Positions 1-8,091 of a DNA stretch of 32,000 nucleotides are shown piece after piece. Position 1 is the first letter of the stretch. The number at the start of each line of letters is the position of its first letter. A program made the translations under genes and the position numbers. The notes under the pieces were generated by a model. It saw nothing but the letters and a program-made list of their open reading frames with translations, was not told the origin of the DNA and ran no database searches. Source of the stretch: Pontiella desulfatans (GTDB lineage Bacteria > Verrucomicrobiota > Kiritimatiellia > Kiritimatiellales > Pontiellaceae); NCBI RefSeq assembly GCF_900890425.1, contig NZ_CAAHFG010000004.1, positions 632,330-664,329 on the forward strand, in the 5' to 3' direction.

Positions 1-3000
1 TGGTCGCGGTATCCACTGAGCAGCAGCACGGGCAGGGCGGGGTTTCTCTTCCGCAGTTCATCGGCCAGTTCGTCGCCCCGCAGGCCGGGGAGTTCCATAT
101 CGCTGACCAGCAGGTCGATGTTGCCATCCACATCCCGGAAATGTTCCATGGCCTCTTCGGCGCTGATGGCGAGGATGGGATCGTGTCCTGCGTTTAGCAA
201 AATTTCCATACCCATGGTGGCCAGCTCGGGATCGTCCTCCACCAGGAGGATGGTTGCGCGGCCATGTGCCTGATGGCGGTGTGCCGGTTCTTCCGGGGAT
301 GCTGGCGAGGCCGCGATCGCCGGGAAATAGATCTTGAAGCAGCTCCCCTTTCCGGTTTCGCTGTAGACGTTGACCCATCCCTTGCTTTGCTGGGCGATTC
401 CGTACACGACGGACAGCCCAAGCCCTGTCCCTTCGCCAACCTCCTTCGTGGTGAAGAACGGTTCGAACAACCGTTTTTTGGTGTCTTTGTCCATCCCGCA
501 GCCGGTATCGGTGATCGAAAGGCACACAAAGCTTCCCGCCTGGGCCTCGGGAATGAGTGCGGCATCTTCGGGCTGGAACGTGCCGCTGTCGGTCGAAATG
601 GTCAACCGTCCGCCTTCCGGCATGGCGTCGCGCGCGTTAACCGCCAGATTGATGATGACCTGGGTCAGCTGGCCGGGGTCGGCATGGATGGGGGGCAGTT
701 GCTGCTGAAGATCCAGGACAATGTCGTATTTTTCGCCCAGCAACATGTTGAGCAAGGCCAGGGCGTCATGGACGGTGTTGTTCAGGTCCACGGTTTCGAA
801 ATGGGAGGGTTGCTTCCGGCTGAAGGTCAGCAGCTGGCGCGTCAGCTGAGCCGCTCGCTTGGCCGCCTTGTGGATCTCCACGGCTCCGTCGTATTCCGGG
901 GATTGGGCATCGAGTTCCATCTGCAGCATCTCGCTGAAGCCCATGATGCCCTGGAGGATATTGTTGAAGTCGTGGGCGATGCCGCCGGCCAGCTGCCCGA
1001 CGGCGTCCATCTTCTGGGCCTGCCGCAACTCTTCCTCCCGGATCAGCTCTTCGGAAATGTCGCGCTTGACGGCCACGTAGTTGGTAATGGTTCCGGTGGC
1101 ATCCTTCACCGGGGCGATCGAGGCTTCCTCGGTGTAGAGCGTGCCGATTTTCCGGCGGTTGACGATCCGCCCCTCCCAGATCCCTCCCGAAGCGATGGTA
1201 TCCCAGAGATCGGCATAATAGGCTTCGTCATGCTCCCCGCTGCTGAGCATATTCGGGTTCATCCCAAGAACCTCTTCCCGGGCAAAGCCGGAAGCCCGCT
1301 CGAAGGCGGGGTTCACATATTGGATTCTTCCCTCCAGATCAGTAATAACCACGGTCTCCGGCGACTGCTCAATGGCCGTGGATAGGCGTAGCAGCTCGTT
1401 TTCGGATGCCCTGCGTTCGCTGATATCCTCGAACATCCACAGGGAGCCCGACTCCAGCGGACTTTTCGGATCAAGCGCACTCCCGATCAGCCGGCACCAG
1501 AACAACGAACCGTCGCCGCGCTGGAACTGAAGCGTGTGTTCGAAGCGGTTGCCTTGCTCCAGCACGGCATACGCCTTTGCCCCGTTTTCCAGAAAGTCCT
1601 CCTCCGAGGCGTACAACAGGCGGGTCGAAGCGCCCTGCAATTCCTGTTCCGGAATGTTGAACAGTTCGGACATGCGGGGGTTTACCCATTTGAAGGTGCG
1701 GTTTTCAAGCAGGGCGATGCCCACCGTGCTGTTGTCGAGAATCAGGCCTTGCACTTCGGCAAGGTCCTTAAGGGTTTGTTCCGCCTTTTTCTGCGCGGCA
1801 ATGAAGCGGGCCTGCTGGATGTTCTGGTAGGCCGTGGCCGAAAGCTGGTTGGCCAGCGTGAACAGCACATCCGCGACCTTCGTGAAGCGCTCGCGGGGCA
1901 TGACCGGCACGCGGTGGAACGCATCCATGAACGCGTCTTCATCGGCACCGATTTCCCGGGCATAGCGGCGCATGTCTTCATCGGATTGCGACTCGTCCCG
2001 CACCTGCCCGATCAGCCAGTTGGCGATATGCCGGCCGCCCACCTCGATGCTGGCTCCCGCATCCCAAAGACCGCCGCTTAGGCAGCACTGGACAATCGGC
2101 CCTTCCTGGTGGTGCCGCCCGAGTTCGGCATCGGATTTATGGCAGTTGGCACGGCCCTTTTCCGTTTTGCGGATAATATCGTAGCACAGGCTGGTGAAAT
2201 TGCTCGGCTCGGTGATGGGGGTGCCATCGGGGTGGGTAATGATGGAAGCCACGCCGGTGGCCGCGGCAAACCCATCCTGGATGCGCTGGATGGCATCCCG
2301 GCTGAAGAGATCGTCGAAGGCGATTTCCGCGTCGTCGTCCAGCGGCCGCGTCAGGGCAACAATCCTTTTCTCCAGCGCTTCCTCCATCTGCTTGCGCGCG
2401 GTGATGTTGCGCCAGGCCGTGTGGATCATGGGGCGGCCTTCGTTGTCGGTGAGCGCGGTCAACGTGACGGCGACCGGGAACACCTCGCCATTGGCCTTCT
2501 TGTGGTGCCATTCGAAACGGAGGCTCTGGCTGGTTTCCATGGCAGCGAGCATATCCTGGGCTTTTTTACCCGAATCCAGTCCATCGGGCTGAGTTGTTGG
2601 GGAAAGGTCGCCCGGAGATTTCCCGATGACATCCTCCTTGGCCGAATAGCCGAGCATATCCACGGCCGCCATGTTGCAGTCGGTAAACCGGCCCTCTTGG
2701 ATGATGAGGAAGGCATCCGCCGAGTGCTCGAACAATTCACGGTATTTCGCTTCGCTCGCCGCCAGCACCTGCTCAGCGTGTTTCCGGTCGCTGACATCGT
2801 GGAAAATCACGGCGAACTGGCCCGGTGCCGGGCGGAAGGCGCGTGTTTCGAAATGCTTGTTCAGATCCTGGGAATAATCCTCGATAATGGCCGGTTCCCC
2901 GGTTTCCTCCACGCGGCCAAACTGGTTGATCCACGCCGGTTCAATTTCGGGCAGCAGTTCCCTGACGGTGCGCCCAACCACGCGTTCCGCCGCGAGGCCG

Positions 3001-3785
3001 GTCAGCTTTTCGAATCCGGGATTGACCTGGATGTACCGATAATCAATGGGGTTTCCCTTTTCATCGCGGATCATTTCATGCAGGGCGAAACCGGAGGTCA
3101 TGTTGTCGAACAACTGCCGGTAGCGCGCCTCGCTCTCCCGCAGTGCGTGTTGGGTTTGTTCGCGCTCAGTGATGTCGCGGATGTTCACCACGCTGACGCG
3201 CTCCCCGTTTTGGTCGTAGTAGGTGGCCTTGATTTCAACCGGGAAGACCGTTCCGTCTTTCTTGCGGTGGTAGCGAAGCGGCGCAACCTGAAGCTCCTGC
3301 CTGATCGCGCTGCTGGTTTTGTCCGGTTCGGCAGAAAGGTCGGTGTTCTTCAACTGCCTGAATTCATCATGGCTGTAGCCATACAGTGCTGCCGCCGCTT
3401 CGTTCGATTCAAGAATGGTTCCGCTGCCCTGGTCGAGCAGGAACATCGCGTCTCCTGCGGTGGCGAACACCAGCGTATAGCGCTCCTCGTTTGCGCGCCA
3501 TTCAGCGGTTTGCCTTCGGGCTTTTGAGTTGAGAGCCCAGCTGCAAGCCAGCAACGCCATGGCCGCAAAGATAACCAGCCCAATCACTCCCCATAGCCAT
3601 AGGGGAATGCCGTCCGCCTGTGCAACCGGAACAAGCGCCAAGGCGGCGCCAATCCCGTTGATGGAGAAGAAGGGTTCCATGGGGGAGGGCCCAACGTGGC
3701 GAGCCGAAGCTGTTTCGGCATGGCTTTGCAGCGTCACCGCCGTTGGCGGCAACCCGTGCAATCCGATCCTAAACAACTTTTTCAT
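1..3785 (-). CDS. Hybrid sensor histidine kinase / response regulator (TM - PAS repeats - PocR - PAS - HisKA - HATPase - REC); C-terminus runs off the window edge
   Basis: Not in the ORF track because it has no stop inside the window. My translation of the minus frame from ATG 3785..3783 gives MKKLFRIGLHG..., then a TM helix (LWLWGVIGLVIFAAMALLACSW). It also gives PAS-end text WMFEDISERR (rc of ~1411..1440), a PocR-like block CYDIIRKTEKGRANCHKSDAELG (rc of ~2118..2186) and the H-box GGIAHDFNNILQGIMGF (rc of ~940..986). A receiver domain ILLVEDDPELATMGMEILL...DLLVSDMELPGLRGDELADELRKRNPALPVLLLSGYRD is the rc of 1..~260. No listed minus ORF uses this frame over 3.8 kb. The + ORFs 264..1385 and 2109..3527 are its antisense shadows. 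Confidence 0.85.
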   Translation of the reverse strand, partial: MKKLFRIGLHGLPPTAVTLQSHAETASARHVGPSPMEPFFSINGIGAALALVPVAQADGIPLWLWGVIGLVIFAAMALLACSWALNSKARRQTAEWRANEERYTLVFATAGDAMFLLDQGSGTILESNEAAAALYGYSHDEFRQLKNTDLSAEPDKTSSAIRQELQVAPLRYHRKKDGTVFPVEIKATYYDQNGERVSVVNIRDITEREQTQHALRESEARYRQLFDNMTSGFALHEMIRDEKGNPIDYRYIQVNPGFEKLTGLAAERVVGRTVRELLPEIEPAWINQFGRVEETGEPAIIEDYSQDLNKHFETRAFRPAPGQFAVIFHDVSDRKHAEQVLAASEAKYRELFEHSADAFLIIQEGRFTDCNMAAVDMLGYSAKEDVIGKSPGDLSPTTQPDGLDSGKKAQDMLAAMETSQSLRFEWHHKKANGEVFPVAVTLTALTDNEGRPMIHTAWRNITARKQMEEALEKRIVALTRPLDDDAEIAFDDLFSRDAIQRIQDGFAAATGVASIITHPDGTPITEPSNFTSLCYDIIRKTEKGRANCHKSDAELGRHHQEGPIVQCCLSGGLWDAGASIEVGGRHIANWLIGQVRDESQSDEDMRRYAREIGADEDAFMDAFHRVPVMPRERFTKVADVLFTLANQLSATAYQNIQQARFIAAQKKAEQTLKDLAEVQGLILDNSTVGIALLENRTFKWVNPRMSELFNIPEQELQGASTRLLYASEEDFLENGAKAYAVLEQGNRFEHTLQFQRGDGSLFWCRLIGSALDPKSPLESGSLWMFEDISERRASENELLRLSTAIEQSPETVVITDLEGRIQYVNPAFERASGFAREEVLGMNPNMLSSGEHDEAYYADLWDTIASGGIWEGRIVNRRKIGTLYTEEASIAPVKDATGTITNYVAVKRDISEELIREEELRQAQKMDAVGQLAGGIAHDFNNILQGIMGFSEMLQMELDAQSPEYDGAVEIHKAAKRAAQLTRQLLTFSRKQPSHFETVDLNNTVHDALALLNMLLGEKYDIVLDLQQQLPPIHADPGQLTQVIINLAVNARDAMPEGGRLTISTDSGTFQPEDAALIPEAQAGSFVCLSITDTGCGMDKDTKKRLFEPFFTTKEVGEGTGLGLSVVYGIAQQSKGWVNVYSETGKGSCFKIYFPAIAASPASPEEPAHRHQAHGRATILLVEDDPELATMGMEILLNAGHDPILAISAEEAMEHFRDVDGNIDLLVSDMELPGLRGDELADELRKRNPALPVLLLSGYRD

Positions 3786-3909
3786 TCGCCTTTCTTTCCC
3801 TTTGCAGCGAGCTCGAAAGCTAGCTGGTTCCATCCATACCGTTGAGCAGAACTAGCACGAACCGTGCAAAAATCGCCAGTTCCCGCCCGGCTGATAACAT
3901 GGACGGAAA

Positions 3910-4515
3910 CTATTCCAACCCCTCCAGGTGCGAGGTGAGGAGCTGGCCGGTGTGGTCGATGGCGTCGGGATAGGCGGTGCGGAGCTCCTCGAAAAGCCTT
4001 TTGGCCTCGCCGTCCTTGCCGTCGTGTTTGAGGCGCATGCCGAGGTAGAGCCGGGCGTAGGCGCCAACCTGCACGCCGTTGGCGTAGAAACACATGTTGT
4101 GTGTTTCAATCGCCTGTTCCAGCAGCTTGATCTGCGCATCGCCTTCGGAGGCCTGCGCCAAGGCGAGCACGGCGCAGCCGGTACGGTTGGCGCGCGGATA
4201 TTTTTCGGTCAGCACGGCCACCGTCTTCTTGGCTTCTTCCGTTTTCCAGTCCTGGTTGGCGGCGTGGTAGCCCTTTTCAATCAGGTTGAGGTCGTTTCGG
4301 GAAAGGTATTCGCCATCCATCATCATGCGGGTACGCGCCAGTTCCTTTTGCCGGGCGGCGACTTCTTTCACGCGCTCTTCCTCCAGCACCGGGGCCAGCC
4401 TGGCCTCCAGTTCGGCCACGCGTTTTTCGAGTGCGACGATGCGCTGGAGCAAAACCCCTTCGTCGGCATGTACCGCTGCGGCGAACACGAATGGCAGGAT
4501 GAAGGCTCTTTTCAT
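3910..4515 (-). CDS. Hypothetical secreted protein (signal peptide, coiled coil, helical repeats)
   Basis: 201-aa ORF. It has a signal-peptide-like N-terminus MKRAFILPFVFAAAVHA, coiled-coil text LEKRVAELEARL and a helical remainder. Its ATG lies 1 nt after the end of the upstream small ORF. No family recognised. Confidence 0.6.
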   Translation of the reverse strand: MKRAFILPFVFAAAVHADEGVLLQRIVALEKRVAELEARLAPVLEEERVKEVAARQKELARTRMMMDGEYLSRNDLNLIEKGYHAANQDWKTEEAKKTVAVLTEKYPRANRTGCAVLALAQASEGDAQIKLLEQAIETHNMCFYANGVQVGAYARLYLGMRLKHDGKDGEAKRLFEELRTAYPDAIDHTGQLLTSHLEGLE

Positions 4516-4516
4516 A

Positions 4517-4711
4517 TTAATTTCCAGTCGTTGCAGGTTGGAAGAGGCCCGCTTGTTGCAGGAAGTAGATCACGAGCAGGGCCATCACGGCGATCACGGC
4601 CAGTTTCATCGTCGCCTTGATGGCTTTGTTGAACAGCACGGCAATGCTGATGGCGATCGCTACGATTAAAATGATCCAGGTCATGGGGCTGAGGGTCTGC
4701 AAGGCTTCCAC
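4517..4711 (-). CDS. Small two-helix membrane protein (hypothetical)
   Basis: 64-aa ORF with two hydrophobic helices (WIILIVAIAISIAVLF and LAVIAVMALLVIYFL). It is tightly abutted to the downstream ORF. It is short, so uncertain; an internal Met (MTWII) is an alternative start. Confidence 0.45.
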   Translation of the reverse strand: MEALQTLSPMTWIILIVAIAISIAVLFNKAIKATMKLAVIAVMALLVIYFLQQAGLFQPATTGN

Positions 4712-4724
4712 TTCATTCTCCGGG

Positions 4725-5834
4725 TTAAGAAAGCGTAAGCTTAAAGGTTGCCCGCCCGAATGTCTTTCCGTTTATCAGGATTTCCACGGCATGCCCGCCC
4801 GGATAGTAGTTGCGCGTGGAGATCGGCTTGATGGCATGCCGCTTGGCCAGTTCAACCGTTTCCCCGGGGGCGATCTCCAGGGAGCGGAATTTGAACACCT
4901 TCGGGCTGGTTTTCCCATTCGCCTTCCTGTGGTGGAGCGCGTAGTCGACCACCACCTTCTGGGTGGTTTTTGCCGTGGATTCGATCATCGCGTTGAACTC
5001 GATCGCTTCCCCCAGGCGGATGGCCCCAGGGGAAACCTTGAGCGACTTGAGAGCGAGCTTGGGGTTTTCCGTGTAGCCGAGCAGGCCGAACACCGCCGGA
5101 TGCCCGGCCTTCACCAGGGTACGCGTGGCATGCCGGATGATCCACTGCCGCTCCGGGCCGGCCCCCTGCCGCCACCGCTTGCAAACCTTGATGACGGTTT
5201 CCGGATGATCCTTCGAAATATCGTTCAGGTTGTTGGCGACCGAGCGGCGCACAGTTTCGCTGGGATCGTCCTTCAGGTTGTCCAGCAGCTGGAGAACCGG
5301 GGAGGGATCGGCAATGAATTGCGGCAGTTGCCGCCCCCACGGCAGGCGCGGCCGGATGCCCTCGGAAACCAACCGCCGCACCTGCTCGTCCGGATCGTCC
5401 GCCCATTGCCCCAAGGTGCGGAACGTGGCCTCGAAATGTTCAGTGATGAATGGACGGATGGCAAATTCGGCCGAAAAGAACGAAGTGAGCTCCTTCAGCA
5501 CCTTCAAGGCGGTTTCCGGATGGCCAAGACCGTGCTCGCCGACATAGTCGAGGATCGGCCAGGCGGCGAAGCCCTGCAGGTTGTCGTCCGGATCGCCGGG
5601 AATCCAGTTGCCCTTCAACCGGATGAGGATTGCGGCGGTTTCTTCGAAATCATCTGGAAGATACGTGTTCAGCACCCCGATCAGGTGCCGCACCCGATCC
5701 TTCAGTTCCAACTCCTCGATGCCCGCCATCGCATCCGCAATGAAACGCTGTTCGGGAAAACCCGGAACCGTACGCGCCAACGACCCGGCCATCCGTTCCA
5801 CCGCCGCCTTCCCGAGGCCGTCTTTCATCAGCAT
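4725..5834 (-). CDS. DNA alkylation repair-like HEAT-repeat protein (AlkD/YhaZ-type)
   Basis: 369-aa ORF. The helical repeat text with DDPSETVRRSVANNLNDISKDHPE resembles the DNA_alkylation family as I remember it. Its ATG shares one base with the stop of the upstream ORF (TGATG). Confidence 0.6.
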   Translation of the reverse strand: MLMKDGLGKAAVERMAGSLARTVPGFPEQRFIADAMAGIEELELKDRVRHLIGVLNTYLPDDFEETAAILIRLKGNWIPGDPDDNLQGFAAWPILDYVGEHGLGHPETALKVLKELTSFFSAEFAIRPFITEHFEATFRTLGQWADDPDEQVRRLVSEGIRPRLPWGRQLPQFIADPSPVLQLLDNLKDDPSETVRRSVANNLNDISKDHPETVIKVCKRWRQGAGPERQWIIRHATRTLVKAGHPAVFGLLGYTENPKLALKSLKVSPGAIRLGEAIEFNAMIESTAKTTQKVVVDYALHHRKANGKTSPKVFKFRSLEIAPGETVELAKRHAIKPISTRNYYPGGHAVEILINGKTFGRATFKLTLS

Positions 5835-6232
5835 CAGAACAACTCACTGATCTTGAGCACCATTTGGCCGATGCCCTGGTGGAAATAGAGGCCGATCTGC
5901 GCAACCAACGACCAGGCCACGGCAAACTGCGCCAGCGCATACCCCGCAAGCGTGAACTGGCCGATGCCGACCAGCCCAACCCCGAACTGTGCCAGGGTAA
6001 CCACGCCCACGCCGAACTGGCCAATGGCAATGATGCCGTAGGCCGGCACCGGTTTGCGGTCGCGGTATTTGAAGGAAACGTGAACCAGCGGCACGCCCAT
6101 CACGGTGGCGGCGGACTTATACTCGAAGCCGTAGCCATCCCATTCATCCTTGGCGGGGAAGGGCGCCCCGCACTGCGGGCACGCCCGGGCCTGTTCCGAA
6201 ATTTCATGGCGACACGCTCTGCACGGTTTCAT
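5834..6232 (-). CDS. Zinc-ribbon domain membrane protein (hypothetical)
   Basis: 132-aa ORF with an N-terminal CxxC...CxxC ribbon (CRACRHEISEQARACPQCG). This is followed by Gly-rich hydrophobic repeats (IGQFGVGVVTLAQFGVGLVGIGQF). Confidence 0.55.
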   Translation of the reverse strand: MKPCRACRHEISEQARACPQCGAPFPAKDEWDGYGFEYKSAATVMGVPLVHVSFKYRDRKPVPAYGIIAIGQFGVGVVTLAQFGVGLVGIGQFTLAGYALAQFAVAWSLVAQIGLYFHQGIGQMVLKISELF

Positions 6233-6273
6233 GGGAAAGACCCTCGCGTTTGTGCCCGAATGGTCGAGTTTGC

Positions 6274-7635
6274 CTATCTTTCCGGCCGCGAGCGGGCGAC
6301 GAGCTTAATGAAGATCGGCGCGCCTTCGAGGCCGAACGCCTCGCGGAACTGGTTCTGCAAATATTTCAGCCAGTTGGAGCGCGAATAGGTTGGATCGTTC
6401 ACGAACACCTTGAAATAGATCGGGTTGGTGCCGGACTGCGTGGCATAGAACACCTTCAGGCGCTTGCCCTTCGCGATGGGCGGCGGATATTTCTCGACCG
6501 CCTGCTGGACGACGCGGTTCAACACGCCGGTGGTGATTTCGACGCGCGTCTGGGCGGCGACATAGTCGATCGCTTCCACGGAACGCTTGATGTTGTAGCC
6601 GTCCTTGGCCGAAACGAACAACACGGGGGCGAAGCCCATGAAGGGCAGCGCCTCGCGCAGGGCCGGCAAATATTTGGTCTGCGTAACGTCCTCATCGGCG
6701 TCTTTCGCCAGGTCCCACTTGTTGATGAGCAGGATGCACCCCTTCTGGGCTTCGATAATCTTGGCGGCCACCTTCTTGTCGCGGGTGGTCGGCCCGGTTT
6801 CGCCGTCCAGCACCATCACCACCACGTCGGCGCGTTCGATCGCCTTGTCGGTGCGCAGGTTGCTGAACCAATCCACCGCGCTTTTGCCGCGGGTGTCCTT
6901 CTGGACGCCGGCGGTGTCGATCAGCTGGTAGTGGCGGGCGGTTTCGCCTTTGCCGATGGTGAAGGGGATTTCGATGCTGTCGCGGGTGGTGCCCGGAATA
7001 TCCGAGACAATCACGCGTTCGTCCTTGAGCAGGCGGTTGATGTAGGACGATTTCCCGGCGTTCGGCCGGCCCACCACGGCCACCCGGAGCGGTTCTTCCT
7101 CCGTTGGGTTTTCCTCTTTCGGCAGCTCGGGGATCAGCGCCTCCATCAGGGTGACGATGCCGCGGTTGTGGACGGCGGAAACGGGGAAGACGGGGAAGCC
7201 GAGCTGGTCGAAGTCGTACGCGCCCTCTTCCCGGTCTTCATTGTCGGCCTTGTTGGCCGCGAGGAATACGGTGCGCCCGCTCTGATGCAGGATGCGCGCC
7301 ACCTCTTCATCCAGCGGGGCGAGCCCGGCCGAGATGTCGACCACGAAAATAATGAACGAAGCATCCGCAATGGCCACTTCCGCCTGCGTTTCGGTTCCTT
7401 CAACGATTTGGTCGGGGGAAACCTGCTTGCCGAAATGGCCCAGTCCGCCGGTATCGATCAGCTCGAACCGCTCGCCTTCCCAGTTGGCCTCGCACACAAT
7501 GCGGTCGCGCGTTACGCCTTCCTCTTCGTGCACGATCGACACGCGCCGCCCCACCAGCCGGTTGAACAGCGCCGACTTCCCTACGTTCGGGCGACCCACG
7601 ATCGCCACAACCCTTTTGCTCTTCGTCTCTTCCAT
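6274..7635 (-). CDS. der: Ribosome-biogenesis GTPase Der (EngA)
   Basis: Two tandem GTPase domains. P-loops are GRPNVGKSALFNRL and GRPNAGKSSYINRLL, G3 motifs DTGG and DTAG, G4 motifs NKAD and NKWD, with a KH-like C-terminus. The ORF-track start at 7725 adds a 30-aa non-homologous leader. I prefer ATG 7635..7633 (MEETKSKRVVAIVGRPNVGKS). Confidence 0.9.
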   Translation of the reverse strand: MEETKSKRVVAIVGRPNVGKSALFNRLVGRRVSIVHEEEGVTRDRIVCEANWEGERFELIDTGGLGHFGKQVSPDQIVEGTETQAEVAIADASFIIFVVDISAGLAPLDEEVARILHQSGRTVFLAANKADNEDREEGAYDFDQLGFPVFPVSAVHNRGIVTLMEALIPELPKEENPTEEEPLRVAVVGRPNAGKSSYINRLLKDERVIVSDIPGTTRDSIEIPFTIGKGETARHYQLIDTAGVQKDTRGKSAVDWFSNLRTDKAIERADVVVMVLDGETGPTTRDKKVAAKIIEAQKGCILLINKWDLAKDADEDVTQTKYLPALREALPFMGFAPVLFVSAKDGYNIKRSVEAIDYVAAQTRVEITTGVLNRVVQQAVEKYPPPIAKGKRLKVFYATQSGTNPIYFKVFVNDPTYSRSNWLKYLQNQFREAFGLEGAPIFIKLVARSRPER

Positions 7636-7839
7636 AGTGCGGAGGGTGATACACGAATCCCCCAACCGGCACAACGGCAAAGGGTGGAAAGATTGACGGC
7701 AACCGCCGCCTCCCTGGCCGATCAACTATTTGGTATTGCGGCTCGACGGAAGTCTTTAATGTCAATATGATCTTTGGCAGATACTTAATCAGGCCCTGCT
7801 TTTGGGGATGCCGGGCCAACGGAAACCCAGGGGTGGAAC

Positions 7840-8091
7840 GTGGTTGACGAAGCTTTGATCGAACACCTGGCGGAAGCGGTGCATGTCCGCTGGATGGAAG
7901 GGCGTCTGGCCGAGGGCTGGACGCATGGGCCGGTGCGCGATGAAGCCGCCAAACAGCATCCGTGCCTCGTTCCCTACAACGACTTGCCCGAAAGCGAACG
8001 GGAATACGACCGCGCCACCGTCCGCGCCACGCTGGATGGGCTGAAGAATCTGGGGTATCGAATCCAGGGGGCAGGGGATGGAAAAGAATAG
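7840..8091 (+). CDS. Stand-alone RyR (ryanodine-receptor repeat) domain protein
   Basis: 83-aa ORF with a GTG start preceded by AGGGGTGGA. The text LAEAVHVRWMEGRLAEGWTHGPVRDEAAKQHPCLVPYNDLPESEREYDRATVRATLDGLKNLGYRI matches the bacterial RyR-domain pattern (H.rW...GW..G......HP.LVPY..L.e.ek.yDR). It is clearly paralogous to the C-terminus of the 14091..15965 product. It overlaps the next ORF start by 14 nt. Confidence 0.75.
   Translation: MVDEALIEHLAEAVHVRWMEGRLAEGWTHGPVRDEAAKQHPCLVPYNDLPESEREYDRATVRATLDGLKNLGYRIQGAGDGKE

Noticed and set aside
264-3527. Long + strand ORFs 264..1385 (373 aa) and 2109..3527 (472 aa), plus smaller ones between them
   Set aside because: They are Gly/Arg/Asp/Val-rich, low-complexity antisense translations of the minus-strand histidine kinase. 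That kinase shows clear H-box, PAS, PocR and receiver text.
7636-7725. N-terminal 30-aa extension of der in the ORF track
   Set aside because: The extension (MIGQGGGGCRQSFHPLPL...) has no Der-like text. The conserved N-terminus starts right at Met 7635, followed by the P-loop.
6250-7770. 506-aa + strand ORF
   Set aside because: It is an antisense shadow of der, which has unmistakable double-GTPase motifs on the minus strand.
7743-7771. Possible promoter for the RyR operon: TCGACG, 17-nt spacer, TATGAT
   Set aside because: The -35 match is weak and several equally weak alternatives exist in the 205-nt der/RyR intergenic region. It is not strong enough to list as a feature.
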